A DNA stretch of 64,000 nucleotides from Nemertoderma westbladi (Eukaryota; Animalia; Xenacoelomorpha): NCBI GenBank assembly GCA_032718475.1, contig JAUCBJ010006256.1, positions 1-64,000 of the forward strand. Direction: 5' to 3'. Below are positions 26,126 through 39,435 of this stretch, piece by piece. Positions within the stretch are counted from its first letter, which is position 1; every line of letters starts with the position of its first letter. A program made the translations under genes and the position numbers. Under the pieces are notes generated by a model. That model saw only the letters and a program-made list of their open reading frames with translations. It had not been told where the DNA came from and searched no databases.

Positions 26126-27698
26126 ACTAGTGACGGGCCTAGCGGCCCGATAAGGAACCGACTTTTTATTTCAAATAAAAGAGACAACGAGCTCGGCTCG
26201 GTCTTGCACGATTGGGCACGATTAAGTTCGACTTGGCTTGATCGGCTCGGTTTGGCTCGATTAGGCTCGGCTCAGCTCGGCTCGGCTCGGCTCGGCTCGG
26301 CTCGGCTCGGCTCGGCTCGGCTCGGCTCGGCTCGGCTCGGCTCGGCTCGGCTCGGCTCGGCTCGGCTCGGCTCGGCTCGGCTCGGCTGGGCTCGGCTCGG
26401 CTCGGCTTGGCTCGGCCTGGCTCGGCTCGGCTCGGCTCGGCTCGGCTAGGCTTGGCCTGGCTCGGCTCGGCTCGGCACGGCTCGGCTCGGCTCGGCTCGG
26501 CTCGGCTCGGCTCGGCTCGGCTCGGCTCGGCTCGGCTCGGCTCGGCTCGGCTCGGCTCGGCTCGGCTCGGCTCGGCACGGCTCGGCTCGGCTCGGCTCGG
26601 TTCGGCTCGGTTCGGCTTGGCTCGGCTCGGCTCGGCTCGGCTCGGCTCGGCTCGGCTCGGCTCGGCTCGGCTCGGCTCGGCTCGGCTCGGCTCGGCTCGG
26701 CTCGGCTCGGCTTGGCTCGGTCTGAGTCGACTCCCCGTGCTGCTCGAAGGGCGCAAATACATATATCGAAGGGTCAAAGCAAAACTCACGTGCTGCTCGA
26801 AGGGACAAAGTCAAACATTGTGTCTATTATTTGATCATCTCACGTGCTGCTAGAAGGGCGCAACTACATATAACGAAACAAGCCCCTGTCTTGTATTTTA
26901 ATTATATCAGAAATCATTGCCTTCAGTACAAATATCTAAAAATTCATTCACCTGAAGTATGGGTAACATTATAAATTCGTTTTTCGCACAGTAGAGTTAA
27001 CTAAGCAAATACCCTCCAGGTTGACTGAATGATTTTATTAATGTTTGCCATGCATAATGTACTATATTTGGGTCCCATGACCCACCCCATTGAACAGCTT
27101 TGCTTACATCTGATAGAAAGTAATCCCAAATTAACTTCCCTCTACGAAAATTATTTTAATTAAATACATACAACATAGCAGTCAACTCTGCTATCAACAG
27201 TACACAATAACTAAAATGGCATTCAGCTTACCAGCTATTCGCATTAAGCTAATAGATATTAGATTTCATTGGATTCAGTGAGTGTGTGAGGGCTATTGGG
27301 AGAGCAATCAGCTTATGATGTAATACATTAGAATCCCACAGCTTTTGTTTGCTTACTGTCTGAGTTGTAGAGTGAGGATAATACTTGGCAGAGAAAGCAT
27401 TTCCTTGTTAGGTGGCCATTCCTATAGAATAGCATTACTAGGCCATCTCTCTATGCATTTTTCATGAGTGCCAGCTGGTGTTTTTATCATTGCGCCTATG
27501 GCGTTTTTTCGTTTATGTCTATTTTTGGAACCCACAGCTCATGGACAAAATAGCGGAACATACCAGGGACCTTAGAATCGCGGTATCTAGCCGCTGTGAA
27601 AATTTCATCAAAATCGTTAGAGTAGTTTTGGCTGTAGATCAGTCAGTCAGCCAGCCAGTCTCGAGCAATTCTTACAGTAATGAACCTCTCGGTTCCTA
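26126..27698 (-). mobile_element. Helentron-associated (HINE/DINE-1-like) non-autonomous rolling-circle element, unit 1, with (GCTCG)n
   Basis: Minus-strand 3' end is hairpin CGGGCC-GCTA-GGCCCG followed by CACTAGT; asymmetric subTIR AGGAACCGA/TCGGTTCCT; (GTCA/GCCA)n near the other end; ~500 bp of (GCTCG)n. Confidence 0.85.
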
Positions 27699-29180
27699 AC
27701 TAGTGACGGGCCTAGCGGCCCGATAAGGAACCGACTTTTTATTTTAAATAAAAGAGACAACGAGAATTAGTATAGAACTAATAATTATCTAAAAATACAA
27801 TCATATTTCATACAATAATTATTAATAAATTCGATCTATTATTAGTTGCTCAATTCTAGAACAAAATCGACCTGCAACTAGTGAAGACCTCGTTTTGGAA
27901 TTTCGAAACCACGCTGATGCGATGCGCGATATCGTGTTTAGTTAATAAATTGAAAACTCCATCAATTCATGTGCAACCAGTAATAAGAAATCGCGGTAAA
28001 TGTAATTAAATAAAAATTATTCTAGAAAAATTTTCCTCAAAAAGTATGAAGTCTTGGCGTTGGTGACGCGAAACTAGGCTAGTGAGATTCAGGATATTGC
28101 GTTTAATATAAAAATCGAAAACGCTATCGAAATCCGTAAAGGCGTTAATAAAATACTGCAACTTTTTTGAAATTTGTAAAATTCTAGAACTGGAAAAAAT
28201 TAATTTTTGAACGGCGCTGTTTGGGGTTTGGAAACATGGATAGGCTGAAAGAGGACATCGAATTAAGTTGAAAAATGAAAACCCCATCGAATTTGGACAA
28301 ATCGTTCCGGAGTTATAGCGGATCGAAAAAAATTGACCCCCCCCAGTCGCCAAAAATTTACAGTAATTTAAAATTTTGCAAAAAAAATTTTTTGCGTTAT
28401 TTTTGATGGCGAATCGATTGGCAGTACTGGCTACGAAAAAATTTTTTTGGAAATTTTTGGTCAGAAAAAAAAACATGGAAAAAGTATATTTTTAAAAAGA
28501 TTTCATGTCTTTGCCTATGGTCAGAGAATGATCCAACTCTGTAACTTGGCAATCGCTCAAATCCATTCAGCTGAATGGCACAGTAGAGTAAACTAAAGTA
28601 AATTCCCTATACAATGTTCTGAAGGGGAGACTGACAGAGAGTATTCCAACAATAAAACATTTTGCAATAATGTTGGCATTAATGTAGCCAACTCACTGTG
28701 TATGTAACAGTCATTCAGCTTACATTAGCAGAGTGAGATATTCCCATAGATTGCATTGGGAAGAGTAATTCAGCTGAGGCGATATTAGATTTCAAACTAA
28801 ACCAACCAGTTAATAATGTTTGCTTTGACAGAGAGTGGTGGCCTATACAAACAGTATGGGTGTACTGAGTATAATAATCTTGGCAACCTCATCGATTTAT
28901 TACTAAGCCTTCTGTAGAAATGCATTACATAAGCCATTTTTCATCACGACACCAGCTGTTATTGGTGTTATTTTACCATTGCGCCTATGGCGTTTTTTCG
29001 TTCTCTATTTTTCGAGCCCAGAGGCTATGGACGGAGTAGCCGATCATGCCAGGGACCTTAGAATCGCGGTATCTAGATGCTGTGAAAATTTCATCAAAAT
29101 CGTTAGAGTAGTTTTGGCTGTAGATCAGCCAGCCAGTCAGCCACGAGCAATTCTTACAGTAATGAACCTCTCGGTTCCTA
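27699..29180 (-). mobile_element. HINE-like unit 2 (different interior, no pentamer array)
   Basis: Same termini as unit 1; 27770-28500 unrelated to unit 1, 28580-28980 only distantly similar. Confidence 0.85.
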
Positions 29181-31150
29181 ACTAGTGACGGGCCTAGCGG
29201 CCCGATAAGGAACCGACTTTTTATTTCAAATAAAAGAGACAATGAGCTCGCTCGGTCTGGCACGATTGGGCTCGATTCAGTTCGACTTGGCTTGATCGGC
29301 TCGGTTTGGCTCGATTGGGCTAGACTCGGCTTGATTGGGCTCGACTTGACACATCTCGATTCGGCTCAATCGGCTTGATTGGGTTCGACTCAGCTCGGTC
29401 CGGCTCGAATTGGCTCGAATTGGCTCGATTGGGCTCGACTCGGCTCGATTGGGCTCGAATCGGCGGCTCGATTGGGATTGATTGGGCTTGACTCGGCTTG
29501 ATTTGGCTCAACTTGGGTCAGTCCGGCTCGATTGGGCTCGACTTAGGCTTGATTGGGCTCGAATCGGCTCTATTTGGCTCGACTCGATTCGATTGGGCTC
29601 GACTCGGCTTGATTGGGCTCGACTCGACTCAGTCCGGCTCAATTTGGCGTGACACGGCTCAATTGGGCTCGGCTCGGCTCGGTCTGAGTCGACTCAGCTC
29701 GATTCGGCTCAATCGGCTCGATTGGGTTCGACTCGGCTCGGTCTGGCTCGACTTGGCTCAATTGGGCTCAATCCGCTCGACTCGGCTCGATTGGGATTGA
29801 TTGGGTTTGACTCGGCTCGATTTGTCTCAACTTGGCTCAGTCTGGCTCGATTGGGCTCGACTTGGCTCGGTCCGGCTCAATTAGGCTCGACTAGGATTGA
29901 TTGAGCTCGACTCGGCTCTATTGGGCTCGACTCGACTCGATTGGGCTTGCCTCGCCTCAGTCTGGCTCGACTAGGCTTGATTGGGCTCAACTCGGCTCCG
30001 TTCGGCTTGACTCGGCTCGATTGGGCTCGACTCGGCTTGATCGCCTCGATTGGTTCTATTCGGCTCGATCAGTATGATTCGGCTCGATTGACACACGCTG
30101 CTGGAAGGGTCAAAGCCAAACTCACGTGCTGCTCGAAGGGACAAAGTCAAACAGTGTGTCTATTATTTGATGTAACTCACGTGCTGCTCGAAGGGCGCAA
30201 CATCATATGTCAAGGGTCAAAGCAAAACTCACGTGCTGCTAGAAGGGACAAAGTCAAACATTGTGTCTAATATTTGATTAACTCACGTGCTGCTCGAAGG
30301 GCGCAACTACATATATCGAAACAAGCCCCTGTCTTGTATTTTAATAATAATATAATAATGTACACTTCCCAACGGGGTAAATGAAATTCGGTAAAATCAT
30401 ATTATTATTTTATCAATAAAATAGATATAAAATAAAAATAAATCAATTTGTATTTTAATTCTATCAGAAATCGTTGCCATGCATAATGTACTATATTTGG
30501 GTCCCATGACCCACCCCATTGAACAGCTTTGCTTACATCTGATAGAGAGTAATCCCAAATTAACTTCCCTCTACGAAAATTATTTTAATTAAATACATGC
30601 AACATAGCAGTCTACTCTACAGTCAACAGTAGTAGGCGTACACAATAACTAAAATGGCATTCAGCTTACCAGCTATTCGCATTAAGCTAATAGATATTCG
30701 ATTTCATTCGATTCAGTGAGTGTGTGAGGGCTATTGGGAGAGCAATCAGCTTATGATGTAATACATTAGAAGCCCACGGCTTTTGTTTGCTTACTGTCTG
30801 AGTTGTAGAGTGAGGATAATACTTGGCAGAGAAAGCATTTCCTTGTTAGGTGGCCATTCCTATAGAATAGCATTACTAGGCCATCTCTATCCATTTTTCA
30901 TGAGTGCCAGCTGGTGTTTTTATCATTGCGCCTATGGCGTTTTTTCGTTTATGTCTATTTTTCGAGCCCACGGCTCATGGACGAAATAGCGGAACATACC
31001 AGGGACCTTAGAATCGCGGTATCTAGCCGCTGTGAAAATTTCATCAAAATCGTTAGAGTAGTTTTGGCTGTAGATCAGTCAGTCAGTCAGTCAGTCAGCC
31101 AGCCAGCCAGTCTCGAGCAATTCTTACAGTAATGAACCTCTCGGTTCCTA
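29181..31150 (-). mobile_element. HINE-like unit 3 (degenerate GCTCG/ATTGG pentamer array)
   Basis: Same termini; ~850 bp mixed pentamer array; CTCACGTGCTGCTCGAAGGG subrepeats. Confidence 0.85.
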
Positions 31151-32702
31151 ACTAGTGACGGGCCTAGCGGCCCGATAAGGAACCGACTTTTAATTTCATA
31201 TAAAAGAGACAACGAGCTCGGCTCGGTCTTGCACGATTGGGCACGATTAAGTTCGTCTTGGCTTGATCGGCTCGGCTCGGCTCGGCTCGGCTCGGCTCGG
31301 CTCGGCTCGGCTCGGCTCGGCTCGGCTCGGCTCGGCTCGGCTCGGCTCGGCTCGGCTCGGCTCGGCTCGGCTCGGCTCGGCTCGGCTCGGCTCGGCTCGG
31401 CTCGGCTCGGCTCGGCTCGGCTCGGCTCGGCTCGGCTCGGCTCGGCTCGGCTCGGCTCGGCTCGGCTCGGCTCGGCTCGGCTCGGCTCGGTTCGGCTCGG
31501 CTCGGCTCGGCTCGGCTCGGCTCGGCTCGGCTCGGCTCGGCTCGGCTCGGCTCGGCTCGGCTCGGCTCGGCTCGGCTCGGCTCGGCTCGGCTCGGCTCGG
31601 CTCGGTCTGAGTCGACTCCCCGTGCTGCTCGAAGGGCGCAAATACATATATCGAAGGGTCAAAGCAAAACTCACGTGCTGCTCGAAGGGACAAAGTCAAA
31701 CAATGTGTCTATTATTTGATGTAATTCACGTGCTGCTCGAAGGGCGCAAATACATATATCGAAGGCTCAAAGCAAAACTCACGTGCTGCTCGAAGGGACA
31801 AAGTCAAACATTGTGTCTATTATTTGATTATCTCACGTGCTGCTAGAAGGGCGCAACTACATATATCGAAACAAGCCCCTGTCTTGTATTTTAATTATAT
31901 CAGAAATCCTTGCCTTCAGTACAAATATCTAAAAATTCTTTCACCTGAAGTATGGGTAACATTATAAATTCGTTTTTCGCACAGTAGAGTTAACTAAGCA
32001 AATACCCTCCAGGTTGACTGAATGATTTTATTAATGTTTGCCATGCATAATGTACTATATTTGGGTCCCATGACCCACCCCCATTGAACAGCTTTGCTTA
32101 CATCTGATAGAAAGTAATCCCAAATTAACTTCCCTCTACGAAAATTATTTTAATTAAATACATACAACATAGCAGTCTACTCTACAGTCAACAGTTCACA
32201 ATAACTAAAATGGCATTCAGCTTACCAGCTATTCGCATTAAGCTAATAGATATACGATTTCATTCGATTCAGTGAGTGTGTGAGGGCTATTGGGAGAGCA
32301 ATCAGCTTATGATGTAATACATTAGAATCCTACGGCTTTTGTTTGCTTACTGTCTGAGTTGTAGAGTGAGGATAATACTTGGCACAGAAAGCATTTCCTC
32401 GTTAGGTGGCCATTCCTATAGAATAGCATTACTAGGCCATCTCTATCCATTTTTCATGAGTGCCAGCTGGTGTTTTTATCATTGCGCCTATGGCGTTTTT
32501 TCGTTTATGTCCATTTTTCGAGCCCACGGCTCATGGACGAAATAGCGGAACATACCAGGGACCTTAGAATCGTGGTATCCAGCCGCTGTGAAAATTTCAT
32601 CAAAATCGTTAGAGTGGTTTTGGCTAGAGATTAGTCAGTCAGTCAGTCAGTCAGTCAGCCAGTCTCGAGCAATTCTTACAGTAATGAACCTCTCGGTTCC
32701 TA
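31151..32702 (-). mobile_element. HINE-like unit 4 (near-pure (GCTCG)n)
   Basis: Near-identical to unit 1 and ends ...GAACCTCTCGGTTCCTA. Confidence 0.85.
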
Positions 32703-33586
32703 ATAATTACTGTAAGGTATTTGTATTGCAAAGAATGCTGGTGAGTTCTCAATGTAGAAGCGGATGTAATGTAATGTGGATACTCGTCACGTATCTACAT
32801 AATGTTGATGTTCTTCTATGAGTCAGTTCCGAGCAGGGCGAGCATGCCAGGTGCAGTACTGTATAAGTCTCGATAATGATCGGGGTGATCCAGATATAGT
32901 GAAATCTCCAGAAATTTTCAGAAAACTCGGAACTTACAGTAAAATAACTGTAGGCCTACAAACAGTTAGTTGGCCAGGTCCAAACCCCAATTTAAACTTA
33001 CATGTAACCCTAACCCTATTTCATATGCTCTAATCTAAGAAATTTTGTGGAATTTTGGACCTTTGCGATTGACGCTTACAAATGACAGTTTTAATTAGGT
33101 TTAAATTTCGGGCCGCGATTTCACTTTGAACTAGGGTTTTGGACCGCCACTCTCGTAATCTGGGGAGTAAATGCTCTGGGAGAGGGGAGGGGGGGTATTT
33201 GGCGCTAGGTAAAAATGCCCGGGCGGCATTTTCGCCTGCAGCACCGTCCTTAGAGAGCCACATCAAGTTCAAAACAGTTTGAAACATAAAAAAGGCAATT
33301 ATAAATGGTGCAGTAATTAAACAAAGTTGAACAAATTTTGCTCACATTGTATTAAAATAATCTTTCCCTACTGGCTAGTCGCCTCGTTTTCTACGACAAT
33401 CACTATTACAGCTACAGCTCCATTGCAATGACGTGGATGACCTAACTAGGGACCACCAGGGCAAGTTATAACTTACTAAATTGTCTCTCTATAATAATAC
33501 TGCAAATATTTCGTAAAATTTACAATATTAAATAATCTCATTGCATTTGTTATATAAGAATAAGGTATAATATAGTAAAAGGTAAT

Positions 33587-34180
33587 ATTTATTTATTTAT
33601 TTATTTACTCTTTAATCCGCACCAGGAGGCACATAGCTACAGAACAACATAACAAATACCTACCACATTACCCTTATGCATTACCAGTATGCAGTAGGCC
33701 TACGTACAGCACAAAATATACACATTAATATGATAATACTAAAAAATAATAATAAGTCTTAAAAGTGACGGTTTCACGAAACGAAAAACCGTGAGAATGG
33801 TCTGCAAGCAGAGTAAATGGTTCGCACCAAATCATTCTGAGATTCACTGACCCGTTTGAAAAGGCTGTGTATTATCTGCTGTGAATATGACACAGCATTT
33901 GCAGATTTAATGTGCCGATTGAGAGTGAGATACTGGTCGGTTCATCGCCAGTAAGGCGAGAGATATTAAATAAAATACGAGCGCAATTGTTATACGCAAC
34001 TTGTATTTTATCGTATACACGTTGAGAATAATTTGAACGGGTCCACAGACTGTTACCATATATAGGAGTACAAAATGCACGAAATAAGGAAGATTTAACA
34101 GCAACGGAGGCATTGCCAAACTTCCTAACAAGGGTATTCGCTCTAGCATACAATGAATGCATTTGATTAATGATGTCACA
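33587..34180 (-). mobile_element. LINE 3' fragment (RTE-X-like) with (TAAA)n tail
   Basis: LYARANTLVRKF..VKSSLFRAFCTPIYGNSLW..AYNN is a post-RT region; tail at 33587-33607. Confidence 0.75.
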
Positions 34181-34649
34181 AGCTTGCAGCTGTTACCTCT
34201 TAAAATTATCGAATTATTTTCACATTATATTATCTGTACACATATCGCCTTTTCCTCATTATATTCAAACAGTTCACAGTACAGATGTGTTCAACATTAT
34301 TGTGTTACATTATTGTGGCGTAATTATTATTATAGGGCTGAATTTAAGACTAAAAATTATTAACAAAGGTTGGCAACATTGAAATATTATGTAGCTCAAT
34401 TGGTAGAAAAAGATCTAGAAAAAGATCCTATATCATGTAGTACCTTAAGGTATATGAGTGATGTGATAGTGAGAATCCAGGTGTGTGCATAGAACGTAGA
34501 TTAGCAAATAGGCTACTTTCATTTTCCAGTCCATATGTAACATACCACATACCTACACATCGGCAATACCACTAGGATGCATCTCCGGCCCTACAGCAAC
34601 CTCCACAGTTTGTTATCAGCCACGTATATCCCCAATTGATCTGCAGTAT

Positions 34650-35410
34650 CAGTAGCATCTGTCCGTCGTCACTGATCCCATCACCGATCCAAAGCAAATT
34701 GCTGAAGCTTTCAACCTGCACTTTACTACCATAGGACCTAAACTAGCTAACGATATTCCTAAAGCTAACCACTCCCCACTACGCTTCATTAACCACACTC
34801 GTTCTAACTCATTTTCACTGGTAGAGACATCCCCTGTCGCAGTCCAATATCTAATTGTCCAATTAGACCCAAAAAATGCATCTAATGATTGTTTACCCAT
34901 TAAACTATTACAGTTGTCTGCTAAATTATTATCTGCTCATTTGTCTCACCTAATTAACCTATCGATAACTCGAGGCTTCTTCCTTAACGCACTTAAATTG
35001 GCTAAAGTCATACACGTATTCAATAGTGACAACCCCTCGTACACTAATAACTACCGACCTATTTCTCTTCTACCCGTAATTAGCGAACTATACGAATCCA
35101 TAATTAACAACCAACTACTTTCCTATCTAATTAAATATTCCATATTGTCTAATTCTCAATTCGGCTTTCGCCCTAAATCTACAACATCGCATGCTCTGCT
35201 ATCCGCTGTAGAGAATAATCATAAATACCTAGATCAAAAACTATACACAAGTGCAATATATAGATATAAAATTTATTTCGACACTATTGATCACTCTATC
35301 CTAACCTCTAAGCTATACTCCTATGGTATCCGGGGAATACCGCAACAACTACTCTCAAGCTTCCTAGATTCTAGAACCCAATTTATCTCCATTGGTAACC
35401 ACCATTCTTA
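34650..35410 (+). mobile_element. CR1/L2-like LINE RT fragment
   Basis: LKLAKVI.VF..NNYRPISLLP..QFGFR..FDTIDHSIL.KL.SYGIRG. Confidence 0.9.
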
Positions 35411-35817
35411 TATTCTACTATTTAGTCTCTCTTTTTCGCCAATACTAATTCCTATTGTATATTGACGACTTTAGAAACATCATACATGAAGCTAGCTAAT
35501 TGAAACTTGTATATCTGTGTGAGAGGGTGGATGGATAGGCTTTTGTAAATGGGAGTAGCGGGAGTTCTACTGTCAGAAAAAGTAATACCCCTAATTATTT
35601 TATTTACTGAAATTATAATCGGACGTAAGAAAAAAAGTGTGTGTGTTACCCCAAATTAGTAGGCCATAGTAACTGTATGGGTGAATAAGTGAGTAATATA
35701 GCATTCTAAGGACGGATTGCGGGAATATGTATATTTTATTTATTATTTATTGTTTTAAACCAGGCTTATAATTACAATGTAATATAAATTCCCCATAATA
35801 GTAGCACAGGTAAATTG

Positions 35818-35887
35818 GTAGAGCCCTACAGTAGCGTACAGTAGAGCCCTACGGTAGCGTACAGTAGAGCCCTACGGTAGCGTACAG
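35818..35887 (+). repeat. 23-bp tandem GTAGAGCCCTACGGTAGCGTACA x3
   Basis: Directly visible. Confidence 0.85.
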
Positions 35888-35989
35888 ACATCATTAATAT
35901 AAGTAGTAAAAACCAAAATTCAATATGCATTGCACCCCGAGTCGGCCGTTATAAAAAACAAAAGTTAAACAAGTGAAGGAAGTACAAAT

Positions 35990-38010
35990 ACAAAATGTAC
36001 ATAATTTACAATAAAATATTAACATCACAGTTATATATAATATATACAATAAAATATTTAACAGTCATCAGCGAAATTTTCACCAAAGATGCGGCTCGTT
36101 AAAGAAGTAGTTGCTGCTACAGTTTGGACTAGAACGTTCACAGACTCATTCACGCGATGCAACAGCGACTCCCTAGCATTGTAGCGGATATGAATGAGTT
36201 TAGGAAGGTTGAGTGTTCCACAAATTAATGATACACTACAATCGTACTTGAACCCAAATAGCTTCCTGATAATAATATTGTACGCTACACGGAACCTATC
36301 AAAAATTGAATAAGTATAGTTACGCCTAGCCCAAAGTGATATACAGTAAGTCTGACTACAGTATGAACGGAACAACCGAAATTTTACATTTCGTGAACAT
36401 TTACTGAACTTACGTATTAGAAAGTTACCTCTTCTATACAGACTGGAAAGTTGATTTAGAATATCGTAGCTATCGTCTGTAAAACAATGAAATATGTGCC
36501 CTAAATACTTATATTAACTTACAGTTTCTAACTTTTTACCATTAATTGAGACGCTAGTTACAGTAGAAGTTTTTAGGGACTTTGGAATATAACACATAAA
36601 CTTAGACTTTTTAACATTAGTTACAATCGAGTGCTTAATTGCAAAATCTTCATATGCAGAAATAAGTTTCCGCATGCCAGCTATAGAATTTGAGGCTAAC
36701 GCCAAGTCGTCTGCATACATTAGATGATCACATCTACAGTTATGCATCTGACATCCTACATTCATGCCATGTAGAGAGCACTTTATAAGTGACCTGATAA
36801 AATACTGCCCTGATTAGTCCCATTAGTAACCCTAAACCCGCTAGAAGTACACCCACCCCACCTAACTGTAAGAGTTTGGAACCGATACCAATACCTAAGT
36901 ACTCTAATGTAAAATAGTGGTATATCACGGTCTACGAGCTTTGTGAATAATATATAGTGATTAACTAGGTCGAATGCCTTACTGGAGTCTATAAAACATA
37001 TGTAAACTGGACTATCATTCTCTAAATAGTACTGTATAATTTATTTTAAAGTATAAACACATAATTCTGTACCAGACTTGTTTTTGTAACCGAACTGGGA
37101 ATCTGTAGTTGACAATTTGCTACCAAACCTATCAAGATATATTAATTCTAGAATTTTGCTACTGATTGTAGCGAGTGATATACCTCTATAATTATCAAAG
37201 CTAGTGATATCCTCATTCTTATCCTTTACAATGGGGAGTATATTGCATCGGATGAGGTCGTCTGTAACGTAACCATGGATATTAAACAAACTAAATGCGC
37301 ATGCCAAATGGGAAAACAAACTAGCCGTACCATTGGTGTAAATTTCACTAGTTAGCCCATCTGGACCAACTTTATTTGAAGACAGTCAGCCGACAGCAAT
37401 GCTACTTCAGTGTTTTGCACCAACATATCATTGCTGAAAGTCACATTATTAAATAAAGGCTCAACATTGGCTTTGCCAGAATCATCGTTTACCCTATTAT
37501 ATAGCTCATGGAACTTTTCTTTAAATAATGAACAAATTTCTTCATCACCAACAGCTGTGCCAACTCTACTGGAGAGGGGCACATTGCTACTACAATGTTG
37601 CGAACGTCACTCCAGAAATCGTTTCGGTTTTGGGAATACAATTGATTGGGAATTGGTTTTGGTTATGGTTATGGGTTTGGGGATTCGGCAAGTTTATCTG
37701 AACGTATTTGTGAATCTTTATGTTTACATTGTTTCATGGCGCGCTTAAATTCAATTTGGGCGTGTGCATATTCACGAAAAATCGGTCCGTCTCGGGGGCA
37801 CGCGTTGTACGCCATATTTTAAAATATAATCGTGACTCATTCGACATACAATCAGATCTGGCACCTTTCATTTTAGGAATTGTTTGATCTGCAGCTTGTC
37901 ATAAAGCATTTATTATATCATTATAATACTTATTAATAGATTCCTTATGTAGAATATCATTACATTGAGCATTCTCTCCTTGGTGTCGACTTTTAGCGAA
38001 CTCCTGTTTA
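35990..38010 (-). mobile_element. Decayed RTE-X-like LINE (RT and C-terminal region)
   Basis: NYRGISL, QFGYK, DSSKAFD, LMYADDLAL, YLGH and FRVAYN motifs, split by frameshifts. Confidence 0.9.
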
Positions 38011-38371
38011 CTCAGATTACAGTCATTCGGATCCGAACCGCCTACCAAGTCTAGCAGTAAGGACTTGGCACCCTTCAGGTCAGTATCACGGAATCATGGC
38101 CACGGACCAACGATCGACGATATGGCATTCTTGTGAAGGCCACGCACATGGGCCGTCCAAACGTATGCAAGAACATCATCTTCAATGTGACAGCAATGAA
38201 GTCTAATGCATTCAGCTTCACATGCCGCTGCCATACCAGGCACCAGGTAAAAGCTACCAAAGTTAAAAAAAAAATGACAGTCCTGACATTATCTGACAGT
38301 TCAGTACAGCAGTATAACGAAGTTCAGTACAGCAGTACATACAGTACAGCAGTCTGATGTGGTTTAGACCT

Positions 38372-39431
38372 TTAGCACTCAGACATCATGTGTCTGAGTT
38401 TAAAAAATAAGCCAATGTTTCTGGACAGTTTTTTGTAAACGTGAAGGGTATGAGCTTTCCAGAATAATTTGTCATCAATTAGGATGCCAAGATATTTTGT
38501 GGCAGAAAAAAGTTTTAATGGATTTGTTATTAATTTTAATTTCAGGATTGGTTGAGTTGCTCTGGTGAGGGAGGGTGTTTGAGAAAATGACATACTCCGT
38601 TTTGTCGTAACTAAGAGATAGTTTATTACAGGACAGCCAGTGGGCGACTTTAGTGAGTTCTGAGGAAGTTTCATCAATGAGACAATTGACAGAGTCAGAG
38701 TGGTTAGCTAAACTGGTGTCATCTGTGAATAGAACGGAATGTAGTTTGGTAGATGAGGGAAGATCATTGATGTAAATTAGAAAGAATAGGACGCCCAGGA
38801 GAGACCCTTGGGAAACCCCACAGAGTATAGGCTCAAGCATTGATTTTGTTGTACCTATGCTGACGAATTGGAAGTGGTCGGAGAGATAATTCTTGATCAG
38901 ATTTAGAGGTGGACCTCGAATTCCATACCACTCTAGTTTCTTTAACAAAATGTTGTGGTCAATTGTGTCGAAGGCCTTACGAAGGTCTAGGTATACAACC
39001 AGTGAGTGTTTTTTATTGTTGAGGGCATCCCGAATTCTTTCAGTTAGGACAAGCAGGGCATGAGAAGTAGAGCGGTTTTTTTAGAAATCCATACTGCTCG
39101 GGAGTTAATTTGTTATTAACTGTAAAATAGAATGTTGATCGAATAAGATTTTTTCAAATATTTTGCCGAAAATTGGTAGAAGGGAAATTGGCCTATAATT
39201 AGAAGGGTCAAATGGATAGCCAGACTTGAAAACTGGTATGACGTTGGCTATTTTCATTGAGTCAGGGAAGGATTGGGCTGAAATAAATGCATTGAAAAAA
39301 TCAGATAGGTAAAATGCCAAAGGTTCAGCAGCTAATTTGACTAGAGATATAGGGATTGGGTCGTTTGTAGATTTATTTACGTTTAGAGATGTTATTATAT
39401 TGTAGATTTCTTGAGGACAAGTCAAATTCAA
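38372..39431 (-). mobile_element. CR1/L2-like LINE RT fragment
   Basis: NYRPISLLP, DLRKAFDTIDH, GVSQGSLLG..FLIYINDLP, LFTDDT, KYLGILIDDKL. Confidence 0.92.
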
Positions 39432-39435
39432 ATTG

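Noticed and set aside
26166-31846. (AEPSR)n / (LGSAR)n proteins
   Set aside because: Translations of the (GCTCG)n microsatellite, open in all frames.
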